A model generated the notes under the pieces. The model saw only the letters and a program-made list of their open reading frames with translations. It did no database searches and was not told the origin of the DNA. Position numbers and translations under genes: made by a program. This document shows positions 50,553-64,000 of a stretch of 64,000 nucleotides of DNA, in pieces (the stretch's first letter is position 1; each line of letters opens with the position of its first letter). The stretch is from assembly GCA_009914755.4 (NCBI GenBank), contig CP086569.2, positions 8,960,001 to 9,024,000 on the forward strand, read 5' to 3'. This DNA is from the human T2T-CHM13v2.0 reference genome, Homo sapiens.

Positions 50553-53500
50553 ATATAAGAATACCTATGTACACACATATATACGTATATACATGTATAT
50601 ACGTATATATGCACATTTATATACGTATATACATGTATATACGTATATATATACATGTACACATATGTATTTATTTCTCAAGTTACGAAACGGCTTGCAT
50701 TCTTTCCTGTGTCATGAAAAAGACTTTGCTAGAAAAGAAAAGCACTGCTTTATAATAAAATATTTTATTTGCATTTATTTTGTTAAGGCATTTTAAAAAT
50801 TGTATGTTTGTTTAAAAAATGTCATATGAAATGATACATATTTACAACTTAAGGCGTGATGTTCAACAGGTCATATACATTATGCATTGGATACATCCAG
50901 CCAATCAACATATGTGTGACCTCACATAGTTGTCATTTTTGTTGTGAAAAAACTTGACCTGCACTGTATTCGAATATTTTTAGAGAAAGAATATGTTACC
51001 ACTAGTTATAGTGAGCATGCTGAAGAAAATATTTTTAACCTATTCCTCCTTTATAACTAGAAGTATGAGTTCTTCATCCAGCATCTCGTCAGTGCACCCT
51101 CTTCACCGCAGTCATTGGAGTCACTACTTCTGTGAAGTCCGCTTTTTTGATTTCATATAAGAATGAGATCATGTGCTACTTTCCTTTCTGATACCTGGCT
51201 TATGTCACTTAACAGAATGGCATGCACACATTCAGCAGATTCCCACACATTCTCACAACTGGCAGGATTTCCTGATTTCTTATTGCAGCGCATATTTCCG
51301 TTGCGCATATGCGTTTTTGCCCCATTTTTTAATCCACTTATCAATGGAGGGACTCTCAGGTTGCTTCCGCATTTTGGCTACAGCAAAAATGTAATGAGTG
51401 CAGCAATAATTGCATGGGTGCGCGCACCGCTTCAACATACTGATCTGTGTACTGGCGGGCGTGCCCGGGTATTCTGATTTGCTGGATCATATAGTGGGTG
51501 GTTCTACTTGTAGATTTCTGAAGGCTGTTTATACTTAAATAAGAGCCATAAAGCTTCTTTAATGCCAGCACTAATTTACATTCTCCCCAAAAGTGAGCAG
51601 GGAATTCGTTTTCTCTGCCTCCTCACCAGAGATTAGGGTTTTCTTTTCTTTCTTTTTTTTTTTTTGTTTGTTTGTCTTTCGGATAATATGCATTCTGACT
51701 GAAGTGAGAAGAAATCTCATTGTGTTTTTGATTTGCATTTTCGTGATGGATTGGGGATAATGAGGAATTTTTAGTGTGTCTTCTGGGCAACTGTATGTCT
51801 CAGTTTCACAAATGAGTCTTCGCAGCCTTCGCCCATTTGTTTTCATGCTATTGAGTTGTTGGGAGTTCCTTATGTACTGTGACTATTCCCCCATGAACAG
51901 ATGTATGGTGATCCAATCATTGCTCCCATCCTGTAGGATGCCCCTTCTGTATGTTGAGTTTTCTATGGTGTGGTGAAGCACTTTAGTTTGATATGATTCC
52001 ATTCTCTATTTTTGATAGTGTTTACTGTGTTCTTGCAGTCACTTTGAGACCATCATTGCACACATGGACGCCATGGAGCTTCTTCCTTGTGATCTCTTCT
52101 GCTATTTTTATCGTTTCACATCTGACACTGGAGTTTGGTGATAAATAATCCACTTGTAAAATCCTTTGTGTGGCTATTCAGATTTCCCCAACCTAGTTTA
52201 TAGAAGATACTTGATTTTGCATTGGGCGTTCTTGCTTCTTTGGGAAAAGGCTGTGAGCTGCAAATGCAGTGACTTAGTTCTGGGCTCCTGTTGTTTTTCC
52301 TAAGCTCTAGTCTCTGCTTTTCTGCCAGTGCTATTGTATTTTGGTACAAAAAGTTTTGTAGTAGTATATCATGAAGTTAGGTAGTGTGGTGGCTCCAGCT
52401 TTGTGCTTTTTACTGGATTGCTCTGGGTTTTCAGGATCTTCTGCCATTTCATAGCAAATTTGGGATTCCCAGATTGTTTTTCTAAGAAGAATGTGTCATT
52501 GATATTTTTACAGGGGTTGTATAGAATCTGAGGATGACTCAGGTAGTAGTGATGTCAATGCCGTTTAGACAATGTGCGTGTTTGTGTGCACAAGCTCAGG
52601 GCCAAGAGACACTGGGTGTCCTCACCAATACTGAGGTGGGCCTTAATATCCAGCCAGATTGCCTTCTGGAAACACACGGAATGTCCTGTTCTGTTTTGCC
52701 ATCTCTTCACATTTCCTCCCCTGTGAGCCCTGTGTGGTCCTCCAGATTCCCTGTGCGGTGGCCTGCCTTTTTTGGGGTGGGGAGTTGCTGGGTGAATGAG
52801 GATGGCGGAGGGAACCAAGTATGTCAGTGGAGCGTGGTGTCATCCAAACGGTACTTAGCAGGCCTGGGAGAGTCATTCTGGGAGGACGCAGACCTAGAGA
52901 GGCCTCAGGTGGGCATCTGTGTGGAGGGTGAGAGATCCCTGGTTGAGCCCAAACTGAACCCCAGGTAGAAGCAAGCCTCAGGACAGGGAAGTAGCTAGCA
53001 AGGGATGATGAGGCAGCTATCTCTTGACCCTGGCTTCCCACCCATTGACCTTAGCTACTTGTGCCTATTAAGCAGATTACGGTTCCCCCATCGTGAAATG
53101 TGGGTACCACAGTTCCCTGATGGGCATTTCTCCACCAGCCCATGATGGCCTGAGTTTCCTTACTGCAGTCTCCTCCCTGAGCCTTGGCTTCTCTATGTGT
53201 GTCCTAACTCCAGGACCCACAGGCCTGTCAACCCCCAGCCCTGGGCTGCTTCCCTGGCCTCTTCTCTGTTCCCTCTCTGAGGGCCTAACTCCCTTGGGTA
53301 GTGCTGCAGAATATAGAGCCACAGGCCCTGGCTGATGATCTGGTGGACTGGGCAAATTGGTCGTGACAGGTCAGGTTCTGGTTCAAAGCCAATTCCTCCG
53401 ATGCCAAGGAATGTCGAAGAAGGTCCTTTGCCATGATGCCCCATAGCTGCCCCACCTCAGCAATCGTGCCGTAACCTGGGCCCTCACAGTCAGACAACCA

Positions 53501-56500
53501 GCTGAAGAAGCTCAGGCAGTGACCTGCGGGAAACTCGGGCTTTCACCTGCATGACCCTAGAACCACTGGACTGCAGTGGAGCCAGTCGCCCTGTATCCTG
53601 GAGGGAGACGAGTCAGGAAGGCGCACGCCAGGCCCAGCTCCCGAGGTACTACCCCCTCTACTCCTCAGGGAGGATGCCAACGCAATACTCCTTAGTCATC
53701 ACTTTGTTTCCGAAGTAAATGTTGTGATGAAAGGCAAACTTCTTCCTACCCCTTGTATTCAGGGTGGCCGAGTTCCTCCACCTGCCTGTCCAAGAAGGAG
53801 AAACAGGGCTGTGAAGGGGCAATTTCATCTAGGTGGGCTGAGGTGGCATTCTAGCCGGGGTGAAGCATGCGTTTCCCCTTCCCAGCTTTCCCGCTGAGAC
53901 ACACCTGAGCCCCAGAAGGACCTCAACCTGACCAGGACCTTAGCACCCTCCCCCAGACCCAGGCTTTCCATCCTGACCTGCAAATCCAACATGCAGCTTT
54001 GAAGGACTTTCTCATGGTTTCTGAGCTCCTTGCTCTCACCAGAAAGAATCAGAACTTTTAAAGTGTTCTTTATGCCAACTTAAATTTTTCATTTTTACTA
54101 CCTCATGTTTTGGATGAGGCATGTATTTTTAAATTTATTTTCACCCTTATTGTACCTCTATGATAAACTGCTTGCTTACATTCATACCGTAATTATCTCT
54201 CAGGTTACTTGTCTGTTCCTAAAGATTCACTGAAACGAAGAATTCTATATATGCTTGTATCTTTCAGCAACCGTATGTCAGATAGCACTGCACATTACTG
54301 CAGACATCGCATATACAGGTCCAAAGGTAGAGGAAGAAGAAGAAAGCAAGCGTTAAGCTCTATACATTCCTAAAAGCATATCAGAAACTCACAAATAACA
54401 GTGAAATCAAAGAATGATCACAGCCAATTCCATTACATACCTAGACTGAAATACGAAACTTCAAAGAAAAGAAACATTAGAACTTTGGGTTTGTAAAAAT
54501 TTTCCTATATAGATAAAATTATTGGTAACTGTGTCTCACTAGAAAACGTAAACAAAAGTCCATGTTTTTCATATTTGTAAATATACATAGTTTTATTTCC
54601 ATCAGTTATGACATGCAAGCAAGTAATAAAGTGAAAGTACAATCAAATGATATATGGAACTTCCTCAGTCTTAAAATATTCCATGGAGACTATCAATTTT
54701 ATGAAAACTATAAAGAATGCTTCATGAAACTACATTGTACAGTGCCATTTACTATTTTACTGACATTTTAAATAATCAACAATTAAAGGGAATACATCAA
54801 CATTATTTAATACCAATAACGTTATTTTTCTTGAGTAATCCTGTTGAAATTAAGGATTTTAAATAAAACATTAAAAACAAATTATATTGACTGATTTCAG
54901 CTTTGGATGAAATCATACTTGTGTATTTGTAGTAATGCGAAGCATAACTTTCTCCTCACAATTAATCTTTTATAACATCGGTGTTATAGTTTTCTCTGAC
55001 ACCAACATTGTGATATCGCACAGGTTTACTGCATGCATGCATTACATGCCTCCAGAGAGTAGGCTTCAAATATATGGAAAAATTATATTTATGAAAAAAT
55101 TCTAGGAAAGGGAATGGTGAAATGGAAGAGAATTTCTCACTTGCTAACTGTTGGACATGGATTTGTATATATTTGGATATAGACACATACTGGCACACTG
55201 TGAGTTTGCCCATGTATATATACACTTAAATGAGAAACCCATAATATATGGGTTGTGTAATCTTTTAATTAATCCATAATTGTATGTGTGTGAAATTAGA
55301 TAAGCGGTTACCTTTTCTTTACTCAATTTGATGGAAAGCCAAAAAACTCTGTCCACCTTCATTTCAATTAATCCAATACTGTTAACTGCTGGTAGCTTCA
55401 TTCTCCTTGTTCTCTTACGGCAACCGGAAAGTTAATTCTCGCTCTAATTTGGCTTTCAAGGTGCGATCAACAAGAGTGTCACCTTGCTGTGGATTGTGAC
55501 CTCTGACTCCACCTCTGTCTTCCTTTTGCAGTCCTACCTTTGCATAGGTAACAAACTTTGTACATGGTTAAAAGGATAAAAGTTCAGTGAAATGTCAAGC
55601 CATGCTGTGAAATGTTCCATAGTTTCTATATCTCTAATTGTCCTTTGATGTTATAGAGGCAAGAAAAATAATTCAATGTTTTTCTTAGTATCTAGTCCAA
55701 TGCACTCTTTCTTCATAATACTGCAAACAAGGCACTAACATGGAAACGTGGCTGGACGTCTCAAAATCTCTTCTCATTAATTACCATTATGTTAATCACT
55801 GTTGCCCACAACTGGAATTGGACTTTGAAATCCCCTGGTGGAAATTGCTATAATGGCTCAAACTACTGGAAAGACTATCTTTTTTTACCTGAAAATATCT
55901 GATGAGCATAGACGTATGCTATATACAGGAAGATATTGTACATTAACAACATACCATCACTGCCACTCAATAATAGGTATCCCAAACCTTTGAGCCAAAC
56001 TGAGCTCAGGTGCTCCCACAAACCAAGCTTTTCCCTCCACAGATTTCTTATGTCAAAAAGCCACAACTCCAGGCCAGGCTTCGTGGCTCTTGTTGTAATT
56101 TCTACATTTTGGGAGGCCGAGGTTGGTGGGTCACTTGAGGTCAGGAGTTGGAGACTAGCATGGGCAACATGGCAAAAAGCTGTCTCTACCAAAAATACAA
56201 AAATTAGCCAGACCTAGTGGCACTTTCCTGTGGTCCCAGCTACTTGGGAGGCTGAGGTAGGAGAACCACCTGAACATGGGTGGCAGAGATTGTATAGTAA
56301 GCCGAGATCAGACTACTGCACTCCAGCCTGGATGACACAGCGAGACCATGAAAAAAAAAATAAAGGCAACTCCACTCGTCCACTGGCTTAGGTAAAAAAT
56401 ACTGGAGTTGGCTGGGCTCGGTGGCTCACACCTGTATTCCCAGCACTTTGGATTTTGGGAAGCTGAGTCGGGCGGGTCACCTGAGATCTGTAGTAGGAGA

Positions 56501-59500
56501 GCAGCCTGGCCAACATGGTGAAGCCTGGCTTCTACTAAAAATACAAAACATTAGCTGAGCGTGGTGATGCATGCTTGTAATCCCAGCTACTGCAGAGGCT
56601 GAACCTGGGAGGCGGAGGATGTGTTGAGCTGAGATCCTGCCACTGCGCTCCAGCCTGGTCTACAGAGCGAGAGTACCCTGTGAGAAACAAAGGTGAAGAG
56701 AACAAGAAAAAAAAATGAGAAAAATAAGACCCACTGCAAAAGGTTGCCACAGAAAAGATTAAACATTTCAGCAACTTCTATCTTCTATCATGGAAGCCAA
56801 GGTTATTTGGACCAAACCTCCTGTCTTAGTTCATTTTCACGCTGCTGAAGAAGAGATACCTGAAACTGGGAATAAAAGGAGGTTTAATTGGACTGACAGT
56901 TCCACATGGCTGTGGAGGCCTCAGAATCATGGTATACGAATAAAGGCACTTCTTACATGGCAATGCCAAGAGAGAATGAGGAAGAACCTGAGGCAGAAAC
57001 CCCTGAAAAACCCATCAGATCCCGTGAGACTTCTTCACTGTCACAAGAATAGCATGAGAAAGACCGACCCCCATGATTCAATTACCTCCCCCTGGGTCCC
57101 ACCCGCAACACGAGGGAATTCTGGGAGATACAATTGAAGCTGAGATTTGAATGGAGACACACCAAACCATGTCACTTCCCAAACAATTAAAAATTCCCAA
57201 TAGAAGAAGCATTAATTATATCAAAAAGTGGTGGACCAAGAAGGAACTATTAGCCTCATATCTCAAGAAAGACTCCAGTCAAGGCCTAGGGACTACTCAT
57301 GAAAAGAGTTTAATAGCCGACTCTCTCCCAGTGGATCTGGATTCCACCGGACTGTATCTTCACAGTAAGGGTGAAACAGAAGCAAACCCATTCCTATTTC
57401 CAAGCTCAAGGAACTTTGGTCAAAGTTCTCTTGGAGCTGAGCAGAACAAGGAGGCAAACAGAAAAGATTTGTGTCCCTGAGAAGTCATGGCCACAGGCTG
57501 GCTATCACACAGATTGTCAAGCCAGTTCCATATTGCATGGGTATTACAGAAAATCTCAAAACATAAATTTGTGTGTGGGTTGTCCCAGAGTAGCAGGATC
57601 TGGCAGAAGGAAATTTCCTTCTAACCCTCAAAGAATCCACATAAATCTTGTTACATTTGGGATTTTACGATTTGCTTCAGGAATGAGAATGGCCTTAATT
57701 TTCATATCTTTTTCTACACTCAGTTTATGGCTTGTTGGCGTCAAAGTTCTGCTTGCTTCACACAATGAGTTTAGGATTTTCCCTTTTTTATTCTATAGAA
57801 TTCTTCATATATATTGAAATGCTCTGCCTGGGGAAAAAAATCTGAGCCTAGCGTTTTATCTCTAGGAAGAATCCTTTATTTCCTTGAACATTTATGAGAC
57901 TATACAGATTATATATGTCTTCTTGTATCAATTTTACTAAGCTATATACATAGCTTATGTTTATATATTATATATATAAATGTAAGATACAAATATAAAA
58001 ATTATGTATAAATATGAAAATATATATAGAAAGCGATATATATGTCTATATATATAGACAGATTATAAATATCTGTCTATTTGATCTAAGTTTTCAAATT
58101 TGTAGGTTAAGGTGTTAACGATATTTCCTTATTAGCTTCTTAATCTATGCTGTATCTATGGTTGTGTACCTTTTAAATTCTTAGTTTTATCTATGTTTTC
58201 TCCCTTTTTTTCTAAACTTGACTGACGGTTGCATCATTTATTATATTTCTCCAACAAGCAAAGGTTAGCTTTGTATGTTTTACTAATTTTGTCTACATCA
58301 TTATTCCCACACTTTAGTTTTTCAGAATTGATTCTGTTGTTTCTTTTCTAATTCTTTATTGAAATATCTAGTACATTAATTTTCAAGTTATTAGAGAAAT
58401 ATTTGTCTGTAAACTCCTATTGTAATATCACTTTTCTTGCTACTCACAGATTTAATCTTTAATATTGGCGGTATCATTGAGTTCTAAGTACATTTCAATT
58501 CCTAGTATGATAATCTATGAATTGCTGAGAAATAGTGTTTACAATTTTGTTGTTCTATTTCCACTTAAGTTTATTTTTACTTCTGCTAACTCAATTGAAA
58601 ATTCTTTACTAATTTTTAAAATCCTTGAACCCAAGAGATGGAGGTTGCAGTGAGCTGAGATCAGGCCACTGCATTCCAGACTGAGTGACAGAGTGGAACG
58701 AGATTTCAAAACAAAACAAAACAAAACAAAACAAAACAGTCACTGGAAAGATAATAAAATACATAAATGTGGGATGTAATATGTAATCGTGATAAAATAA
58801 ACTGGATTTTTTGTGTAAGTTATACATATAAATGTAATGCCAAGACACTGATAAGACAACTCATGGTCTTATCTCAATACTTAGTGTCTTCATGTAACAT
58901 ATGTCCTTTAGGATAGTTATAGTCCGTTTTCTTTCCAGGAGAGACAGATGAGAATGCAGAAATGTTAAAGTGCAAGGGACGGAAGCTTCCAGCTGTGCCC
59001 ACCTGTAACCTGACGTAGACAGTTCCACCGTTTGCTTCATTAATCATGCCAAAGGCTCTAATGCAAATGTGGTACAGAGTCACATGTTTTTGTATCTACA
59101 TGATAGAAACTATAACTTCATCCCTATATAGAAGGGTATATAGCATATGCCTCAGTGATAAATATAAGTGAATCATTGATCAGTAGGAAACCATTTTAAA
59201 AGTCTTTCATAACAGAACAAAATCCCTGAAAACATTTTCTTCTCAATCTCTGAGTTTTCTTACACGGCTTATGAATCTCTAGCCATACTAAAGAGATAGT
59301 ATGCTGCTCTTCCCACAAATTATTCATTGTATATAATTCCTGTAATCTAATAACAGTACCTTTACACCTCAGGGTTTAAAATGACTCCAACCTTTTTCTG
59401 TTTCTCCAATTAAAATAACTTTTTTAAGGTTTAATCTTCAGTAATTTTTTGTAGTAATATTTTTGAAGGTATTTGACCAGGATGATTTGCTTATATACCT

Positions 59501-60396
59501 ACCTGACGTCTCCCTTTCTTCTGAATACATATTTTATTACCCACCTATTAGATCTAAGTTTAAGAAGTTGGAATAGGGATTTAAATCTAAATTCTACATT
59601 TGAATTTACAGGAGTCAGCGAGTCCGGGAAGTGCCTTTATGCACAGACCAATATCTGGCAATGGCACTAGGAGACAAATAAGCTTTACCAGTCTCAAAGC
59701 CCTGGCTACTACAGTGAATCCACCCTTCTCCTGGATCTTATCTACTTCAGCAAAAGAAGGCCACCCACTAAACCAGGCCCTTGTACTTTGGGTGGAAACT
59801 CCTAAGTCCTCTAGTCTCCTCAAACAGACAGCCAGGCTGCCAATTTCCACAATAATAATTTCTATAGCACTGAGTCTTTGGTAGCCTTGTAACTATAGCT
59901 ACTGATGCTACAGTCTGGTCCCTGTATGATAAAACACCAGAGCAACAGAAACAAAAATATTGACTGAAGCCTTCTAAAATCTCTCTAAATATACCTTCAA
60001 TAAATATGGTTTTTTTTACAGAACGACTGCTTTCAGCTTCCTGAACTAACGCTTGGCCTTCGCTAGTTGTCACTGTTGAAATTGATTCAAAAGTGTACAT
60101 TTAACATGAAAGTCAACACAGAATTTCATGTGTCAGCAACTAAAATTTTCAAAATGTTGCAAAATACAAATGTGAAACTGTATTTGTGAAATTTACCATT
60201 CATTGAAATTATATTTTCATACCTACCCAGGCACAGAATTTTTTATAACTGTCTGCATGTTCTCCTCATGTGGGGGAAAAGCAGCATCAGCAGGCAGAGG
60301 AATCCTTTGAAGCTGGAGGGAGAGGTTGCAGTGATCTGAGAGTTTGCCACTTGACTGCAGCCTGGATGACACAGTGAGACTCCAACTGAAAAGAAA

Positions 60397-60437
<41 letters not shown>

Positions 60438-60502
60438 CCAAAATTGATAAGTAAAAAAAAAATCCATATTCGAAAACATGCTCACAGGCTAACTCCCATA
60501 TC

Positions 60503-60549
<47 letters not shown>

Positions 60550-60911
60550 TCCTTGAAAACGAAAGTTCCACAAGGGCAAAACAAGAAAACAAATTTAACA
60601 CCCCCCAAAGAAAGTACAAAGAGTAACCTCAAAAGAACTGCAGGGGAAAACAATTCAAAATTTACAAGTATCTACCCTAAAAGAAGCTGAAAGTCCCTCA
60701 AAAACTTTCCAGAGGCCATGTCCTTGTATTACAAAAATGATCATAAAAACTGGCAGGAGTAGACGAATAGAAATGCATCTTAAAACTTGCTAAACCCTTC
60801 AAGTCTCCCATAAGAATTGTAATGGAAAATGGATCGGTCGGCAGCTTTTTCCATACAATTATGAACAAATTATATTTCTTCATACATAGATTTGTTTTTT
60901 CAATATTCTAA
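40606..60911. repeat. Macrosatellite tandem unit 3 (20306 bp)
   Basis: Same content as units 1 and 2. Confidence 0.95.
44575..47137 (+). CDS. TSPY1: TSPY copy 3, 6 exons, 308 aa (canonical R10, H144)
   Basis: CDS join(44575..45060,45668..45745,45874..45985,46087..46232,46338..46419,47115..47137), offset +40606. Exon 1 reads [15 protein letters not shown] (cgg). The ORF runs upstream to 44488 because the upstream in-frame tga is lost (gactgg->gattgg) and a G-run gains 1 bp, but the ATG at 44575 corresponds to the start in copies 1 and 2. Confidence 0.92.
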
Positions 60912-63900
60912 GGAATTAACTTTTATATTAATAGTAGGTGATGTAAGAAAGCAGGCCTTTATCAAGATAACTGACACTGGATGTCCATACCATTACTCAG
61001 GTGGGCCTTAATTCCCAGCCGGGTTCCCTCCCTGGACACACACTGAAGGTCCCCAGCCATTTGGCAATCTCTTCACATTCCCAGCCCTGGAGGTAGCCCT
61101 AAAATACATGTACCTGAAGAAAATAAAACATTGCCTCACACTGGAGCCCAGTGTGGTCCTCCAGATTCCGTGTGAGGTGGACTAACTTATATGGGAAGGC
61201 AGGGCAGTGGGAGTGAGGATGGCAGAGAGGATTACACATGTCAAGGCAGCCGGGGTCATGGAAACAAAACATGACTGGCCTGGGAGAAACACTGTGAAAG
61301 GACATACACCTAGGTGGGCCTCAGGTGGACATCCTCGTGGAGAAAAAGGGGACCCTGGTTGATCTCAAAATGAGCCCCAGGTGGTAGCAGGTCTTACCGC
61401 AGGGCAGGGAGCTGGCGAGTAATGATGAGACAGCTATCCCTTAAGCCCTGCTTGTCACCCACTGACTTTAGCCACATATGCATCATAGTGGCTTAAGGTG
61501 CCCCGATCCTGAAATGTGGGTGTTACATGTCCCTGATGGGCCTCTCTCCCCCAACCCACGGATTGCCTGGGATTGCTCACTGCAGTCTCCTCCCGGATCC
61601 TTGGGTTCTCCATGTGGGGCCCAGATCCAGGTCAAAAGGCCTCTCAGTTCCCAGCCCTTCCCAGCCCTAGGCTGCTCGCCTGGCCTCCTCTCTGTTCCGC
61701 CTCTAGGGCTGACCCTCTCTCCATGGGATAGAACTGCAATGGATTGAGCCATAGGCCCTGGCTGATGATCTAGGGGACTGCAGAAGTGGGTCCAGGACAG
61801 TTCAGGTGACAGTTCAAAGCCAATTCCCCAGAGACCAAGGAATGACCAGCTAGGTCCTTTCCCATGATGCCCCACGGCGAACCCCACCTCAGCAATCCTG
61901 CCAAAACCCGGGCAGTCATGTTCAGCCAAACAGCTGAATGAGCTCAGGTAGGAGGTGTACTGCCTGCAGCTGGAGGCTTGACCTTCGTGATCCCAGAACC
62001 GCTGGACTGCAGTGGAATGAGACACCCTGTAGCCTGCAGGGAGAGGAGTCAGGAAGGTTCATGCCAGTCCCACCCTCCCACACACCAGCTCCCCTACCAT
62101 GCTGGGAGGCATTCCTTACCGAGGATGCCAACACAGTGCTCCTTCATGATGATTTCACTGTGGAAATAAAGGTTGGGATGAAAGGAAATCATCCTGCCAC
62201 CGGTAACCGGGATGGCTGAGTTCCTCCACCTGCCGGATCAAGGAGAAAGAGGATGGATTCAATGGGACCATCTCAACTAGCCGGGCTGAGGTGGCCTACT
62301 AGCTGTAGTGAACCATGAGTTTCCCCTTCCCAGCTCTCCCACTGAGACAACCCTGGTCCCCAGGGGGACCTCAAACTGACTCAGACACTGGACTCCTCCC
62401 ACAGACCCAGGCTCCCCAGCCTGACCTGCAAATCCATCACGTAGCAAAGCAGGACTTCCGCATGCTTTCCGACCCACGCCGACATCTCGTGTGCCAAACA
62501 ATCTACCTCTGCGCAAGAACTCTCCAGAGGATTGGGTGGGCAAGCCTCGTGACGCCTTGCAATTTCGCAAGAACACAGACAATGTGGAACAGGGCCATCT
62601 CCCAGACATTTGGCCAGTCACCCTTCATTGTTGGCCCTCTATCTCTGTCTGGCGAGGAGGCAACGCCACAACTGTGGTGGTTTTTGGAGTGGGTGGACCC
62701 CGGCCAAGACGGCCTGGGCTGACCAGAGACGGGAGGCAGAAAAAGTGGGCAGGTGGTTGCAGCTGAGGGACGGGAGGGGCCGGGGGTGGTGTGAGGCGGC
62801 TGCTTCTCTGAGTTTCTGAGATGCAGGAGGCCTTTGTGTGCTGGGTGCTGGACATGCTCCGCTGATGTCCGGGTGTGTGGTGTCCTCTTATCCTAGTCTC
62901 CCTGAGGGGTGGGCCTGTCCACCTGAGGGAAGCCTTGTAGTTAGAAGCCACAGCAGGGTCGTGCCTGGCGCTCTCCAAGGGAATTGCGTGGGTCCAGAGG
63001 AAGTTATACAGGCTCAGGGCCTACACGCCTTTGAGTGCAGCGCCTGCAGTTGGATGAATGCGCATCTGCGGAGCTGGTGCCCGCCGTCAGGTGGTCGGCA
63101 GCCCCATGCGCCGCGAACCCGTCTTAAGCACCTTGCGTTTCTGGGGTGAGCCTGCTGGAAACAGGCACCGAGAGCAGGGGTGGTTCAATGGCTGGTAATG
63201 GCATACAGATTCCCCGTCCTCCAGGGACGTTCCCAGGGAAACGCGTCCTTCGAATTTGGGCTGTGCGCAAAGGGACCTTGGCGCCGCGATTCTCCCTTGT
63301 CAGTGCTGGCCCTGGCTCCCCTTCCCTACCACGTGCTCCCAGGGCTGCTACAAGCGAGCTGCCCTCACAGCTGCGGGAACGTGGCCTCGGCTCCCACGCT
63401 GTCCCCCATCCCCTGCCTCCTGGCTGACCCCACGTGCCTCCCACCTGGCTCCTCCCCGCAAACAGCCCCCATACCCCCCGAGGCCCGATGACTATCCCCT
63501 GCTGCCCGCCATCCCAAATCGGCAGCCGCAAGGATATGGCTCTGGCTCACAAGGCGGAGATGCTCTGTGGCCTGGGGCATTCACGGAGCCCAGCTCCAAG
63601 TGAAGGACCTCCAGCGAGTCCATTGACGGCCCCGGTGTGCTCGGTCCAGGGCCAGGCTGTGCCCGCTGGCCCTCCTTCTGCCACCCCACGTCGGGCTCCA
63701 CCTCAACCACCACCTCCACCTCAGCCATGATGTCTTCCACCTTCAGCACCGCCTCCTCTTCCAAGGCCGCCTCCTTGCTCTGTACCCCGGCCGTCCTCTC
63801 CAGCATTGCCTCCAGCCTGAACACGGTTTTCTCCTGGGTGCTCCCACAGACCCTGGGCCTGCGCAGCCCAGCCCAGCCCAGCCCATGCCCCGCACCCGTA

Positions 63901-64000
63901 GGCTCTGGGGGCCCGCTCCCCAGCAGACCCGCTCCCTGCAAGACCCACGGGCGTCGCCCTGCTGTGAACCTGGTCCCACACCTACGTGGACCCAGGTTTC
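60912..64000. repeat. Macrosatellite tandem unit 4 (partial; first ~3.1 kb only)
   Basis: Matches unit 1 positions 1-~3089. It is truncated by the window end before the TSPY start codon. Confidence 0.95.

Noticed and set aside
1-64000. Search for CRISPR arrays, prokaryotic operons, tRNA/rRNA genes, integrases or other 'system'-like architecture
   Set aside because: The sequence is primate nuclear DNA (Alu, L1, MaLR, spliced gene with GT/AG introns, CpG island). I saw no short direct-repeat/spacer arrays, no dense co-oriented ORFs, and no tRNA-like cloverleaf signals. The only 'system' is the known TSPY macrosatellite.

Overview
The window is human (or very close great-ape) genomic DNA, not prokaryotic. 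It holds about 3.15 head-to-tail copies of a ~20.3 kb macrosatellite unit, with unit starts at 1, 20339, 40606 and 60912. The three unit lengths are 20338, 20267 and 20306 bp, and the fourth unit is truncated at 64000. The units are >99% identical to each other.

Each complete unit carries one intact six-exon gene whose conceptual translation is the 308-aa testis-specific protein Y-encoded, TSPY (MRPEGSLTY..., NAP/SET family). All splice sites are canonical GT/AG. This is the organisation known for the TSPY/DYZ5 tandem array on Yp11.2.

Other content repeats identically in every unit:
- a GC-rich CpG island/promoter covering TSPY exon 1;
- an inverted, diverged exon-1-like copy about 1 kb upstream, lying head-to-head with TSPY;
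- two degenerate, intronless NAP-domain-like relics on the minus strand, sitting inside a ~1.5 kb direct duplication within the unit;
- three Alus, two Alu 3' fragments, an antisense L1 ORF2 fragment, a THE1/MST-type MaLR LTR, and several microsatellites ((GT)n, (TA)n, (CA)n, (CAAAA)n).

I saw no rRNA, tRNA, CRISPR or bacterial defence/mobile system. The points worth a second look are the copy-specific missense variants in TSPY (R10W, H144Q), the mosaic sharing of variants and microsatellite alleles between units (gene conversion), the head-to-head exon-1 pseudo-palindrome, and the embedded NAP-like relics.
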